NCBI GenBank assembly: GCA_964610305.1
Contig: CAZSVL010000003.1
Location: forward strand, 13,122-77,121
Reading direction: 5' to 3'
Length of the DNA: 64,000 bases
Source: an uncultured Gammaproteobacteria bacterium
GTDB taxonomy: Bacteria; Patescibacteriota; Patescibacteriia; Magasanikbacterales; JBBTXJ01
The position numbers and the translations under genes are program-made. Positions 19,801 through 28,858 of this stretch are shown here, piece after piece (position 1 is the stretch's first letter; every line of letters begins with the position of its first letter). The notes below the pieces were generated by a model. The model made no database searches. It was not told the origin of the DNA and saw nothing but the letters and a program-made list of their open reading frames with translations.

Positions 19801-20703
19801 GTTGAAGAGCTTTTTGAGGCCCGTAATCCAAAACGTAAAGCGATGATCGCAGAGTTTGCCGGAACCGCTCATATTGAAGATGCTGAAGGAAAAGTAGTAG
19901 AGAGCTCAACCGGCCGCAAAATCTTTGAAGGAAGAAAGGGTCAGAAGATTGTAAAGATTGTAGGCGATCCCATTGAGCCAGAGAAGATAAACTTTGATGA
20001 GGGCGATGAGGTTAAGGTAGAAGACGGTGCTGAGGTAAAGGCAGGCGATACTATCATTGTGCGCGGTAGCGGAACCAAGGAAAAATCTATCTATGCGGGT
20101 GTTGCTAAGGTGGCAAAGAAGAGCCTCAAGATTATTCCAGAGGGAGCTCAAGCAAAAGAATATATCATTCCTATCGGGTATAAGATTTATGTGAAAGAAG
20201 GGCAGCATCTAGAAGCCGGAGATGCGCTTACAGAAGGCCACATTGAGCTAAAGGAACTCTTTGCGCTTAAGGGGCGCGAGGCCGTGCAGGATTATATTCT
20301 TAAGGAGATCCAAGATATTTATAGCTCTCAGGGGCAAAAGCTTAACGATAAGCACGTAGAGGTTATTGTAAGGCAGATGTTTTCCAGAGTGTATGTAGAG
20401 GATGCCGGAGATACAGATTTGCTTCCGGGAGAAGTGGTAGAAAAAGCGCAGTTTGTAGAAGCTAATGCAAAGCTGAAAAAGGGAGCTAAGAAATCTCAAG
20501 CGCGCGAGATGTTCCTGGGAATTTCCAAAGTGTCTCTATCCACGCAAAGCTTCTTGTCCTCTGCATCATTCCAAGAAACTGCCAAAGTTCTTATAAACGC
20601 AGCGGTGACCGGAAAGATAGATTATCTAGATGGCTTGAAGGAAAATGTGATTATAGGAAGACAGATACCAGCAGGAACGGGATACAGCGACAAGGTAAAA
20701 TAG
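16885..20703 (+). CDS. rpoC: RNA polymerase beta' subunit
   Basis: NADFDGDQMAVH catalytic motif. Confidence 0.99.
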   Translation: MADALHTIDFDAIRLKIASPEVIKGWSSGEVLKPETINYRTQKPEKSGLFAEEIFGPTKDWECYCGKYRKIRYKGITCDKCGVEVTHSLVRRERMGHIDLAAPVAHIWFLRSIPSKIGTVLDMSVQSLEKVIYFASFIITSVDEDLKAQTIDQLRNEYKSKRKQIKKSGAEAELLEENLAELEEDFTSMEKEIKDIVPMHILGENEYQEISLRFGHFFEAAIGGEAIRNLLRDIDLKKTIDQLQKDLAKSKGAKRERMMRRLKLLKSLQLNGIRPEWMVLTAIPIIPPDLRPMVALDGGRFATSDLNDLYRRVINRNNRLKRLASLNAPEVIIRNEKRMLQEAADAMIDNNARRTKTVQSPAGKKRQLRSLADILKGKQGRFRQNLLGKRVDYSGRSVIVVGPNLKINECGLPKKMALELFRPMVMSQVIKREFAHNVRSASRFVESERDEVWDILEEVIAETRVLLNRAPTLHRLGIQAFKPRLIEGKAIRLHPLVCTAFNADFDGDQMAVHVPLTTDARWEAENLMASEKNLLKPATGDPVVTPKQDLALGAFYVTQIVEPEDGKRLKMFNSPKEAQLAYKLRKIGLQEKVSVRFTDLSKFEKGQDARIETTVGRIMFNKLFPEKLPYYNETIISKKLGKIIRLMLEYYGTEETAFVMDAIKNLGFKYVTKSGYSLGMGDFPKLDDKPAVIEAADAQVQEVMGQYEEGLLTDTERHVKVIEIWSEAKDKIMAMNKPALSKFGPVFAMIDSGARGSWGQLTQVIGMKGLVSSPSGDIIELPVKGSFKQGFDVLEFFISSHGTRKGLSDTALRTANAGYLTRRLVDVAQDVVVREENCGEKEGILITKKESAEMGETVAARVVGRYAINDIKAGRKKLVSAGEIITEAAARLIEQADLDEVQVRSVLRCKMPKGVCQMCYGFDLGHNDLVKMGTAVGIIAAQSIGEPGTQLTMRTFHTGGVAGTDITKGLPRVEELFEARNPKRKAMIAEFAGTAHIEDAEGKVVESSTGRKIFEGRKGQKIVKIVGDPIEPEKINFDEGDEVKVEDGAEVKAGDTIIVRGSGTKEKSIYAGVAKVAKKSLKIIPEGAQAKEYIIPIGYKIYVKEGQHLEAGDALTEGHIELKELFALKGREAVQDYILKEIQDIYSSQGQKLNDKHVEVIVRQMFSRVYVEDAGDTDLLPGEVVEKAQFVEANAKLKKGAKKSQAREMFLGISKVSLSTQSFLSSASFQETAKVLINAAVTGKIDYLDGLKENVIIGRQIPAGTGYSDKVK

Positions 20704-20805
20704 ATAAAAAAGACCGGCCGAGAGGCTGGTCTTTTGATTTAAAAAACCACACACAAGCAGGGGCATCTTAAAAACGATGTGGCTCTTTGTGTGTGGTAGC
20801 TTATC

Positions 20806-21795
20806 TTAAGTCTTCATTTTGTCCTCTGCTGGTACATAGGCGTCAACCGTCTGCGCTAGCTGTTTTACGTCTGGCGCAATTACGGCTAGTTCTATGCCGG
20901 CTTGCTCAAAGAGGCGCTTGTGGTCCTCGTCCAGGCTTTCCACTCTCATGGCCAGCTCTGCGGTAGACTCTACAATAGCCTCAATGATTTGCGTCTCTAG
21001 ATCTTGGCATGAACTTGCAATGCGCTGCGTGCGCTTGATGAGCTCCAGGTCTGTCAGCGGTTTGCGTACCTCATCTACGGCTGCAAAGCATGCATTAAAG
21101 AACGCGTTTACTTTTGCCTTGTGGTCTAGCAGCGCAGTACAGTGCGTCTCAAGCTTTTCAATGACGGGCTTGAGTTCTGAGAGAGCCTGCTTTAAAGGCT
21201 CTGGATGTTGGCTGATTGAAATGCGTGCAATCAGATCTGAACGCAAGTTGCGCGCATCTTTTAGTTTTGAATCAACAGTATCAAGTGTCTTTCCAAAGTA
21301 CGTGTGTCGGCCAATCACCGCATTTCTTTCTTGAAGAATCCGCAGCTCAAGGTATGCCGGGATTGTGTCGGCAGGTATGGGGCGGAGTTTTCTACTATTT
21401 TCTTCAAGATGCCCTGAGATCATTCCCTCTATTGCGGCAGATCTGCCAAAGCTAAACAGGAGGGATGCGAACGTCCAACAAACTATGTTGAAAATGGTGG
21501 AAGAGGTTGATATTTCGCCCGCTAACACAAGACTCATCAGGACGCCAAGCGTTGCAAAGATTCCTCCAAAAAATACCAAGCTAACCTGATCTTTTATGCC
21601 GTGCTGTTCTGTGCACCCATTTTCCAGATGAATACTTTTTGCCTTGTAGAAAATAGCCTTGCGGCGTTTTCTCTTTGAGACCTTGGCCAGCTTGTCAAAG
21701 TTTTGATCAATTTCAATGCTAGGTACGCGCATCTGCGTAGAGCCCGGCATCCACGCGGGCAGCTTTGCCCTCATCTTGCTCATCCACGCCTTCAT
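20806..21795 (-). CDS. Hypothetical 2-TM coiled-coil protein (paralog of 21924-22898)
   Basis: Two TM helices; C-terminal FEQAGIEL...QTVDAYVPAED shared with neighbour. Confidence 0.75.
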   Translation of the reverse strand: MKAWMSKMRAKLPAWMPGSTQMRVPSIEIDQNFDKLAKVSKRKRRKAIFYKAKSIHLENGCTEQHGIKDQVSLVFFGGIFATLGVLMSLVLAGEISTSSTIFNIVCWTFASLLFSFGRSAAIEGMISGHLEENSRKLRPIPADTIPAYLELRILQERNAVIGRHTYFGKTLDTVDSKLKDARNLRSDLIARISISQHPEPLKQALSELKPVIEKLETHCTALLDHKAKVNAFFNACFAAVDEVRKPLTDLELIKRTQRIASSCQDLETQIIEAIVESTAELAMRVESLDEDHKRLFEQAGIELAVIAPDVKQLAQTVDAYVPAEDKMKT

Positions 21796-21923
21796 GGTTT
21801 CTCCCCTGTAAGCATTGTTCTGTCACGAGCATAGCATAGGGGTTGGCTTGCGTCAAGTATTAAAAAACCACACACAAGCCGCCGTATCTTAGGAACGAGC
21901 CGGTTCTTTGTGTGTGGTCTATC

Positions 21924-22898
21924 TTAATGAACAGTCTTGCCAGCCATGTGGTCTTCTGCTGGTACAAAATCCGCTACGGTTTGCTCTAGTAGCGCCACTG
22001 TTGGTTGAGCTGCTGCAATTTCAATCCCGGTTTGTTCAAACATGCGGTTGCATTCTTCTCTGATTTCATCAAAGGTTAGCTGTAGCTGGATAGCGGTTTG
22101 TGCAATGATGTGGTCTGTTTGTGTTTGCAGCCGCCCTGTTTTGTTTGCGAGCGTATCAAGTTTTGCAATGGCGGCATGATCTGCAATGGGATCCTTTAAG
22201 CCATCTATGCGATTCTTGCTCAGCTCCAGGAACGCCTTTAGCTTTGCCTCGTGCATTTCTAAGTCGGTTCTTTTTTGTTCAAGTCCCGCTATGAGCTCTT
22301 CCGCTCTGCTATGCGCCTCAAGTAAATAGCCGGGCGCGCTATTTCCTTGACGTGCGTACGCGTTAATTCTTCCCAAGAAGTAAGACTCTATTGGTCTGAG
22401 TTCTCGCAAAAGACGGTTGATATCACGGTGGTTTTCTTTAAAACCATCACCAAGCAGATTATCCACCCGCATTTTTAGCTTTTCAAACAGAAATTGAGGG
22501 ATGATATCTTGAGGTGTCTGTTTTGTGGTTGGTTGCTTGCATTTGTGCCAGAGTCGAGAGAACGTCTCTTTTGTGCCCGATAGTGTTCCGCCCGCCATTA
22601 GGAGTGCTCCGATAAAGCTGATGAGCGAAGTCGGGCTGTATCCAGGATTTCTGACAATACCGAGCACGCAAAAGTAGAAAAATATAACACCAATGCTGAT
22701 CAAGAAGATGTTTGATACAAATTCTCTCAACGTGATCACGTTGCAGTCACAGTTTTGCTTTGCAGCAATTTTCACGTAATTGCGAGCGATGATCGCTAGT
22801 TGATCTACCGGCAAATGCGCACAATTCTCAAGGTCTGCCTTTGTTGAGCCGGGTATCCACAGGGGCAAGTGTAATCTGATCCACGTGAGCAGTTTCAC
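21924..22898 (-). CDS. Hypothetical 2-TM coiled-coil protein (paralog of 20806-21795)
   Basis: GTG start with AAGGAG SD; FEQTGIEI...QTVADFVPAED. Confidence 0.75.
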   Translation of the reverse strand: MKLLTWIRLHLPLWIPGSTKADLENCAHLPVDQLAIIARNYVKIAAKQNCDCNVITLREFVSNIFLISIGVIFFYFCVLGIVRNPGYSPTSLISFIGALLMAGGTLSGTKETFSRLWHKCKQPTTKQTPQDIIPQFLFEKLKMRVDNLLGDGFKENHRDINRLLRELRPIESYFLGRINAYARQGNSAPGYLLEAHSRAEELIAGLEQKRTDLEMHEAKLKAFLELSKNRIDGLKDPIADHAAIAKLDTLANKTGRLQTQTDHIIAQTAIQLQLTFDEIREECNRMFEQTGIEIAAAQPTVALLEQTVADFVPAEDHMAGKTVH

Positions 22899-23002
22899 GG
22901 TTTTCTCCTTTGTAAGGATCTGAAGGAACCATAGCAAAAGCCCACGCCCTTGTCAATATATTTTTCTGTGGTAAGGTGTGTGAGCACACAAAAGGAGGCA
23001 AT

Positions 23003-24874
23003 ATGTGCGGAGTAGTGGGATACATCGGGCAGCGCGAAGCCCATGAGGTGCTCCTTACCAATATGGGGTACTTGCAGCAGCGCGGTTATGATAGCGCTGG
23101 CGTGGCGGTGATGGATTCTGACAAGGCAGTACATGTTCAGAAGGCTATTAAGGAAGAGTCAGGACCTTCTCCGGTTTCTCAGCTCTGGAATCAGCATGGC
23201 AAAGCCAGTCTGCTTGGCGGCATCGGCATTGGTCATACTCGTTGGGGTACGCATGGAGAGGTGAGTATCTACAATGCGCATCCTCATATGAATCCCGATT
23301 CAAACATTTGGATGGTTCATAACGGGATAATTGACAACGCAGCAGAGTTAAAAGCAGAGTTTTTTCCGGGCGCGTCTTTTCTATCAGAGACAGACTCTGA
23401 GGTTATCGTTCATTTGGTTTCTATGTATTGCGATGAGGGTCTAAGTCTTGCAGACGCATTAAAGAAGGCTTTGTCTCATGTGAGCGGAACATATGCGCTG
23501 ATTCTCATGAGCACCAAAGAACCAAATAAGCTGGTGTGCGCCCGGCTAGGAAGTCCGCTTATGGTGGGAGTGACAGAGAGTGAAATGTTTGTTGCTTCTG
23601 ATGAAGAAGGATTGGCCAGCTATACCAATAGAGTTGTTGACCTTAAAGAGATGATGCCTGATGGTGGCGTTACTGTTGTAAATCTAAATGGCGTACACGG
23701 AGGCGATTCTCCAGAGAGGACTATTCCGTGGGATATTTCCATGGCTCAAAAAGGCGAATACCCGCATTTCATGCTTAAAGAAATTATGGATCAGCCCCGG
23801 GTTGCTGTTTTGGCAACGTCTGAGGGTAGGCGGCTGGATTTCAAAAATGTAACCACGCGGCTTGATGGGCCTAAGGCCTTCGCCAGAGAGCTTGCAAGGA
23901 TTGAGGATGTATTCTTGGTGGGTTGCGGAACAGCTTACCACGCTGCGCTCTTAGGAGAGAGATTTCTAAGAGAAGACGCATCTTTGAGAAGAGCACGGGC
24001 CGTAATTGCAAGCGAGACATCACTTGAGCAGATGGTTGTTGATCCTCACAAGACGCTTGTCATTGCCGTGTCTCAGTCTGGAACCACGTACGATACGCGG
24101 TGTGTTGTAGAAGATGCTCAGCGTATGGGAGCCCTGACATGCGGGATTATCAACAGAGTTGAGTCTGAGATTGCGCGGCTTTGTGATTTTGGCGTGTATT
24201 GTCACGCGGGGCCAGAGATTAGCGTGGCATCAACTAAAGCATTTTTGTCTCAAGGTTTGGTACTCTATCAATTGGCTATCTTCCTTGAGGGACTGAGCGA
24301 TTTTGGCGGTAACTATTCAGACGGATACCTTGATGAGTTGCATACCTTTTCTAAAAAGGTAGAAAACGCATTGCTTGTCCGGGATCAAGTTGCGCGTATA
24401 GCAAACTTTCTTTTCCGGGGCGCGCTGAGCAGGCCACGCTTTGTGCAATTCATTGGTTGTGGGGCTTCTGCTGTTGCTGCTATGGAAGGAGCGCTCAAGT
24501 TTAAAGAGGTAACGTACATTCCCAGCAGTGGAATGCCTGGTGGTGAGTTAAAGCACGGCGCTCTGGCGGTATTGGGTCCGGATACTCCGGCGGTAATCAT
24601 CATGCCAGAGTGTGATGAACAAACGCCTATAGCAAGTACCCTTGCCCAGCTCCAAAAGACGGGTTGTCCGCGCATTGTGGTGACGACAGAAGGACAAAAG
24701 ACCTTTAATTTAGAAGGGGTTGATGAGGTGATACATGTTCCAAAGACAGATCATCAGCTTCAGGCGATGCTGTCTGTCATCCCGTTGCAACTTCTTGCCT
24801 ATGAGACGGCGGTTGCGTTGGAGCTAGACGTGGATATGCCACGCCACTTGGCCAAGACGGTAACGGTGGCATAG
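23003..24874 (+). CDS. glmS: Glutamine-fructose-6-phosphate aminotransferase
   Basis: MCGVVG N-terminal Cys, GHTRWGTHG, SQSG, PRHLAKTVTV. Confidence 0.95.
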   Translation: MCGVVGYIGQREAHEVLLTNMGYLQQRGYDSAGVAVMDSDKAVHVQKAIKEESGPSPVSQLWNQHGKASLLGGIGIGHTRWGTHGEVSIYNAHPHMNPDSNIWMVHNGIIDNAAELKAEFFPGASFLSETDSEVIVHLVSMYCDEGLSLADALKKALSHVSGTYALILMSTKEPNKLVCARLGSPLMVGVTESEMFVASDEEGLASYTNRVVDLKEMMPDGGVTVVNLNGVHGGDSPERTIPWDISMAQKGEYPHFMLKEIMDQPRVAVLATSEGRRLDFKNVTTRLDGPKAFARELARIEDVFLVGCGTAYHAALLGERFLREDASLRRARAVIASETSLEQMVVDPHKTLVIAVSQSGTTYDTRCVVEDAQRMGALTCGIINRVESEIARLCDFGVYCHAGPEISVASTKAFLSQGLVLYQLAIFLEGLSDFGGNYSDGYLDELHTFSKKVENALLVRDQVARIANFLFRGALSRPRFVQFIGCGASAVAAMEGALKFKEVTYIPSSGMPGGELKHGALAVLGPDTPAVIIMPECDEQTPIASTLAQLQKTGCPRIVVTTEGQKTFNLEGVDEVIHVPKTDHQLQAMLSVIPLQLLAYETAVALELDVDMPRHLAKTVTVA

Positions 24875-24910
24875 TTTCTTGCCCGGAGAAATCCGGGTTT
24901 TTGATATTTT

Positions 24911-24982
24911 GTCATTGCGAGCGAAGCGAAGCAATCCCGTTGCTAACTTGTTGGGATTGCTTCGCCTCCGGCTCGCAATGAC
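24911..24982. repeat. GTCAT...ATGAC palindromic (REP/RPE-like) repeat
   Basis: gtcattgcgagcgaagcgaagcaatccc...gggattgcttcg...ctcgcaatgac. Confidence 0.85.
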
Positions 24983-25034
24983 AAAAAAGATCGCGCCTGT
25001 TGAAAAAGAGTAGCCCTTTTGATACTCTAAGCGC

Positions 25035-25733
25035 ATGTCAGGTCACTCAAAATGGTCAAAAATTAAGCGACAAAAAGGCGCGGCTGATGCGGCGCGCGGG
25101 AATTTGTTTACCAAACTTTCTAAAGCCATAAGCATCGCAGCGCGTAGCGGCGGTGATCCAGAGATGAATTTCTCTCTGCGCCTTGCTATAGATAAGGCGC
25201 GCGCTTCTAACATGCCTAAAGATAATATAGATAAAGCAATAAGACGCGGCACGGGAGAGGATAAATCCGCCGCGGTTATTGAAGAGCTTATGTATGAGGG
25301 TTTTGGTCCGGGTGGTGTGGGGGTTTTGGTAGAAGTGGCAACAGATAACAGAAACAGATCTGGCGCCGATATAAAGCATTTACTCTCAAAATATGGAGGA
25401 GGCTTGAGTGGGCCGGGAAGCGTAAAATGGCAGTTTGAACAGAAGGGTGTGATTTATTTAAAAGATATGCCAGATGATGATCTGCAGTTAGAGCTAATGG
25501 ACGCGGGAGCTGATGATATAGTCTCTGAGGATGGTGCTATAATTTATACGGCGATTGGGGACTTTAAAAAAGTAATGACAACTTTACAAAACGCGGATTT
25601 GTCACCTGAAGAGTCTGGTTTGGAGTGGGTGGCTAAAGATACTGTGGCGGCTGATGCGGGAAAACTTGAAAAATTTATCGAGAGATTAGAAGAGCACGAT
25701 GATGTTCAAAATGTTTATACGAACGCGCAGTGA
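25035..25733 (+). CDS. yebC: YebC/PmpR family protein
   Basis: MSGHSKWSKIKRQKG, YEGFGPGG, DDVQNVYTN. Confidence 0.96.
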   Translation: MSGHSKWSKIKRQKGAADAARGNLFTKLSKAISIAARSGGDPEMNFSLRLAIDKARASNMPKDNIDKAIRRGTGEDKSAAVIEELMYEGFGPGGVGVLVEVATDNRNRSGADIKHLLSKYGGGLSGPGSVKWQFEQKGVIYLKDMPDDDLQLELMDAGADDIVSEDGAIIYTAIGDFKKVMTTLQNADLSPEESGLEWVAKDTVAADAGKLEKFIERLEEHDDVQNVYTNAQ

Positions 25734-25753
25734 CGGCTGCATGTAAGAGAGTC

Positions 25754-26176
25754 TGCTGTAGGCTTTAGGCTGTATGCTGTAAGATTGTTCTATGGAGAAT
25801 TTTAAAAAATTGGAGGTTTGGCAGCTTGCGCGAGGGTTGGTTGGGCAAGTCTATAGAATAACGGCGCATTTTCCTGCGGAGGAGCGATTTGGTTTAGTAT
25901 CTCAGATGAGGCGTGCTGCAATATCGGTTATGGCAAATATTGCTGAAGGATCAAAACGACAGACTGTCAAAGACAGAACCCATTTTCATGTAATAGCAGA
26001 CACATCTTTGGAGGAGCTTAAATGCTACTTTGTGGTATCATACGATTTAGACTATATAGGCAGGCAGGAGGGCGAAGTCATGACGCAGATGGCACGAAAA
26101 ATTGGAGGAAAACTAACAAGATTAACGCAAAGTCTCAAGCCGCGGGCATAAAGCATACAGCCTAAAGCCTACAGCA
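25754..26176 (+). mobile_element. Inverted-repeat-flanked cassette carrying a four-helix-bundle gene
   Basis: Perfect 25-bp IR 25754-25778 / 26152-26176 between yebC and ruvC. Confidence 0.7.
25792..26151 (+). CDS. Four helix bundle protein (23S rRNA IVS/Avd-like family)
   Basis: FKKLEVWQ...FPAEERFGLVSQMRRAAISVMANIAEG. Confidence 0.92.
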   Translation: MENFKKLEVWQLARGLVGQVYRITAHFPAEERFGLVSQMRRAAISVMANIAEGSKRQTVKDRTHFHVIADTSLEELKCYFVVSYDLDYIGRQEGEVMTQMARKIGGKLTRLTQSLKPRA

Positions 26177-26184
26177 TTATTCTT

Positions 26185-26670
26185 ATGTCAATCATCCTAG
26201 GAGTAGACCCAGGTTTTGGAAGAACAGGTTTTGGAGTAATCAAAGTTGAAGGAAATGGCAGGCACGTTTTAGACGTGGGGTGCATTGAAACGGCCAAAAG
26301 TCTTGCTCATGAGAATCGGCTTTTGCAGATATATCAGGATGTAACTAATTTGATAAAACAACACGACGTAAAAAAAGTAGCCATAGAGCGGCTTTTTTTT
26401 AATAAAAACGTCACCACGGCTTTGGGGGTGGGAGAGGCGCGCGGCGTGGTGCTTTTGGCCGCGGCTGAAAATGGCGCAACGCTTTTTGAGGCTACGCCAT
26501 CACAGGTAAAAATGGCCATCACAGGACACGGCGGTGCCACCAAGGCGCAGGTGCAGCACATGGTACAAGTAGTTTTGCAGCTAAAACAAAAACCGCGCCC
26601 AGACGACGCAGCAGATGCCCTAGCTATTGCGTACTGCTGTGCTCAGGCGGCTTGGCAGGATTCTCTTTAA
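26185..26670 (+). CDS. ruvC: Holliday junction resolvase RuvC
   Basis: ILGVDPG, AIERLFF, PDDAADALAIA. Confidence 0.96.
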   Translation: MSIILGVDPGFGRTGFGVIKVEGNGRHVLDVGCIETAKSLAHENRLLQIYQDVTNLIKQHDVKKVAIERLFFNKNVTTALGVGEARGVVLLAAAENGATLFEATPSQVKMAITGHGGATKAQVQHMVQVVLQLKQKPRPDDAADALAIAYCCAQAAWQDSL

Positions 26671-27088
26671 AGTAGAGTATTCCAGTGCATAGCGCTACAA
26701 TGGCAATGGCTGCCTGAGAGGTGAGGCACAAAATACACGCGGTATAGAGAACACCAAATTCTATATAGGTAAGGTAGCCTTGAAATGCCAGACCAAGAAG
26801 AGAGGCAGCAAAAGGATATTTAATGTCCTTTTTTAGTTTGTCGTTTGTAAGCAGCAGCGCTAGCAGACCATAGCCTAATACCCCAACAGCCGCTACAGGG
26901 ATGCCGGCAATTTCAGAATATATGCTTTTGTTTACGGTGGAGCAGTTAAATTGGCTACTGATATCGCAGAACGTTTCTGTTTCAGTCCCATAGTGATGAG
27001 AAAGGGCGTAAGCTGAAACGACAAAGCCCATAACAGCCGCAATCAACGCTACCGTTCTAAGTAATTTTGCGGTATTTGGTTTGATCAT
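26624..27088 (-). CDS. Vitamin K epoxide reductase family protein
   Basis: CDISSQFNCSTV, CILC redox motif, TM helices. Confidence 0.9.
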   Translation of the reverse strand: MIKPNTAKLLRTVALIAAVMGFVVSAYALSHHYGTETETFCDISSQFNCSTVNKSIYSEIAGIPVAAVGVLGYGLLALLLTNDKLKKDIKYPFAASLLGLAFQGYLTYIEFGVLYTACILCLTSQAAIAIVALCTGILYFKENPAKPPEHSSTQ

Positions 27089-27090
27089 AA

Positions 27091-27537
27091 TTATTCAGCG
27101 GCAGCAGGGGTGCTACTTGCTTGTTCTGGCAACTCTTCAACAGCCTCTGCGTTTGGATCATTATAGGTGCCGTCAAGTTCGCATCCACTTTTTATTGCTA
27201 GCTGACGCAAAGATTGCAAGCCGGTTCTTCTGGAGCCGTCTGCAAATTCCCACGTTGGGTAAGATTCTATGCCCGCCGCTGTACACTCTTGCGTCTGCCC
27301 GCTTCCACCTGGTAGAGCGCACTCTTCATAGTTAACGTATTCAAAAGAGTTTCCAAATTCCTTCTTTTGTTCTTGGCAATTTGGACACCAATACGCGCCG
27401 TATTCTTTTACGCCGTGCTCCGTAAGGCACTGGGCAAAAGCATCGTAAGGCCCGGGTTTATTTTTTTGAAAAAAGATGAAGCCCACAAAGGCTATCAGAA
27501 TTATTACTACTCCTGTCCACAGTTGTTTGTCTGTCAT
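27091..27537 (-). CDS. Thioredoxin-like partner of VKOR
   Basis: YGAYWCPNCQEQK, IESYPTW. Confidence 0.88.
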   Translation of the reverse strand: MTDKQLWTGVVIILIAFVGFIFFQKNKPGPYDAFAQCLTEHGVKEYGAYWCPNCQEQKKEFGNSFEYVNYEECALPGGSGQTQECTAAGIESYPTWEFADGSRRTGLQSLRQLAIKSGCELDGTYNDPNAEAVEELPEQASSTPAAAE

Positions 27538-27540
27538 ATA

Positions 27541-28857
27541 TTATGTGTTAACCTCCGTTGATAGATTAGCATTTTTTTTGTAGGAAATAAAGATGAGTGA
27601 AAGCAGAAGCCAAAAAATAACGGCAAGATCATTTTTAAAATAAGGGACATCCACCAGACCGTGAATTAAAATAGTCAACACTGCCGCAAGAAGCGGATAG
27701 TTTGGCGTCCGCATAATAGCCCAATAAAAAAGCAGGATAAAGGCAAGGACGCCAAGTAGTCCCAGCTCAACCCAAAAGTTAAGCAGTATATTGTGCGGGT
27801 ACTCAAACACCTCAATCCATTTGTCTATCCTATACCTATATATAGACTCCTTATAACTAGAGAGCCCAGTTCCTAAGAGTGGATGGTCGGAGATAAGTTC
27901 ACTAGCTTCCGCCCACATATCCAGCCGCAATCCGCCGCTGTAGTCTGCAAAAATAAGCTCTTGCTTTATGTTGGATAATCCAGGCGTAAGCATGATAGCG
28001 GCAGTAATTCCCAAGCCCGTTGCTCCAACAAAGAATCTCGTTTTTTTATGTATGACCCCAATTATAAAACCGGCTCCCGCAAGTGCTACAAGTGCGCCCG
28101 TTGTTTTTGCCCAGATGATGGCAAGAAAGCTTGCTGAAGTAACAAGTAACAAGTAACAAGTAACAAGTACGTCCTTCCACCTTTTTCTTGTGTGTGAGAA
28201 GTTTTTTATGGTTCTTGTTGCCTCGTCAATAAAAAGGGGTATGAGCGGTGCCATAAAAAGCCCAATGGCATTAGGAAATCCCCAAACGCTGGTAACGCGT
28301 CTTGTTTGCTCTGCTGCCCAATACGGATTAGGAATCCACACCCCCGTGAATTTTTGGTAGATGGCAATGATTGCAGTAGCTAAGACCGAAAGTGATAATG
28401 AAAAGATAATTGCGGGGCGATCAGTTTTTTTAAATGTAGTTATAAAAATGAAGAATAATGCTACCGGTTCTATAATATACGCTTTCCAAAGTCCGGCAGC
28501 AGCTCTTGTATCTGGCGCAATGATGAGCGATAGGGTTCCGGCTATAAGTAGCAGGGCGATCCCAAGCGCTAGCACCCATTCTTGTGTCATTCTGAGCGAA
28601 GCGAAGAATCCCGTCAAGCGACTAACTTGCTTTTTAAACGGGATTCTTCGCCTTTGGCTCAGAATGACTGCTTTTATCAGCCACATGACTGCAACAATCC
28701 AAATCATTACTTCAAGCAATGTGCTCGGCAAAGGCCCAATACTAAACCTAATAAGATACACAGGAAGCAACGCAATTAAAACAAGAAGCGCCCACCTAAG
28801 GCGGACGAGCGCGAGTGCTGCAAAGCCGATTGTAAAAGCTATAACAAGGCCGGTCAT
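27541..28857 (-). CDS. O-antigen ligase family protein
   Basis: Polytopic membrane protein; PNAIG, YPHNILLNFWVELG, HGLVDVPYFKND. Confidence 0.88.
   Translation of the reverse strand: MTGLVIAFTIGFAALALVRLRWALLVLIALLPVYLIRFSIGPLPSTLLEVMIWIVAVMWLIKAVILSQRRRIPFKKQVSRLTGFFASLRMTQEWVLALGIALLLIAGTLSLIIAPDTRAAAGLWKAYIIEPVALFFIFITTFKKTDRPAIIFSLSLSVLATAIIAIYQKFTGVWIPNPYWAAEQTRRVTSVWGFPNAIGLFMAPLIPLFIDEATRTIKNFSHTRKRWKDVLVTCYLLLVTSASFLAIIWAKTTGALVALAGAGFIIGVIHKKTRFFVGATGLGITAAIMLTPGLSNIKQELIFADYSGGLRLDMWAEASELISDHPLLGTGLSSYKESIYRYRIDKWIEVFEYPHNILLNFWVELGLLGVLAFILLFYWAIMRTPNYPLLAAVLTILIHGLVDVPYFKNDLAVIFWLLLSLIFISYKKNANLSTEVNT
28139..28169. repeat. Heptamer tandem repeat (GTAACAA)4 inside CDS
   Basis: gtaacaagtaacaagtaacaagtaacaagta, encoding LVTCYLLLVT. 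Confidence 0.85.
28586..28668. repeat. GTCAT...ATGAC palindrome inside O-antigen ligase CDS
   Basis: Encodes VILSQRRRIPFKKQVSRLTGFFASLRMT. Confidence 0.85.
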
Positions 28858-28858
28858 A

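Noticed and set aside
25792-26151. Diversity-generating retroelement (Avd-like gene)
   Set aside because: No reverse transcriptase or TR/VR repeat pair in the window
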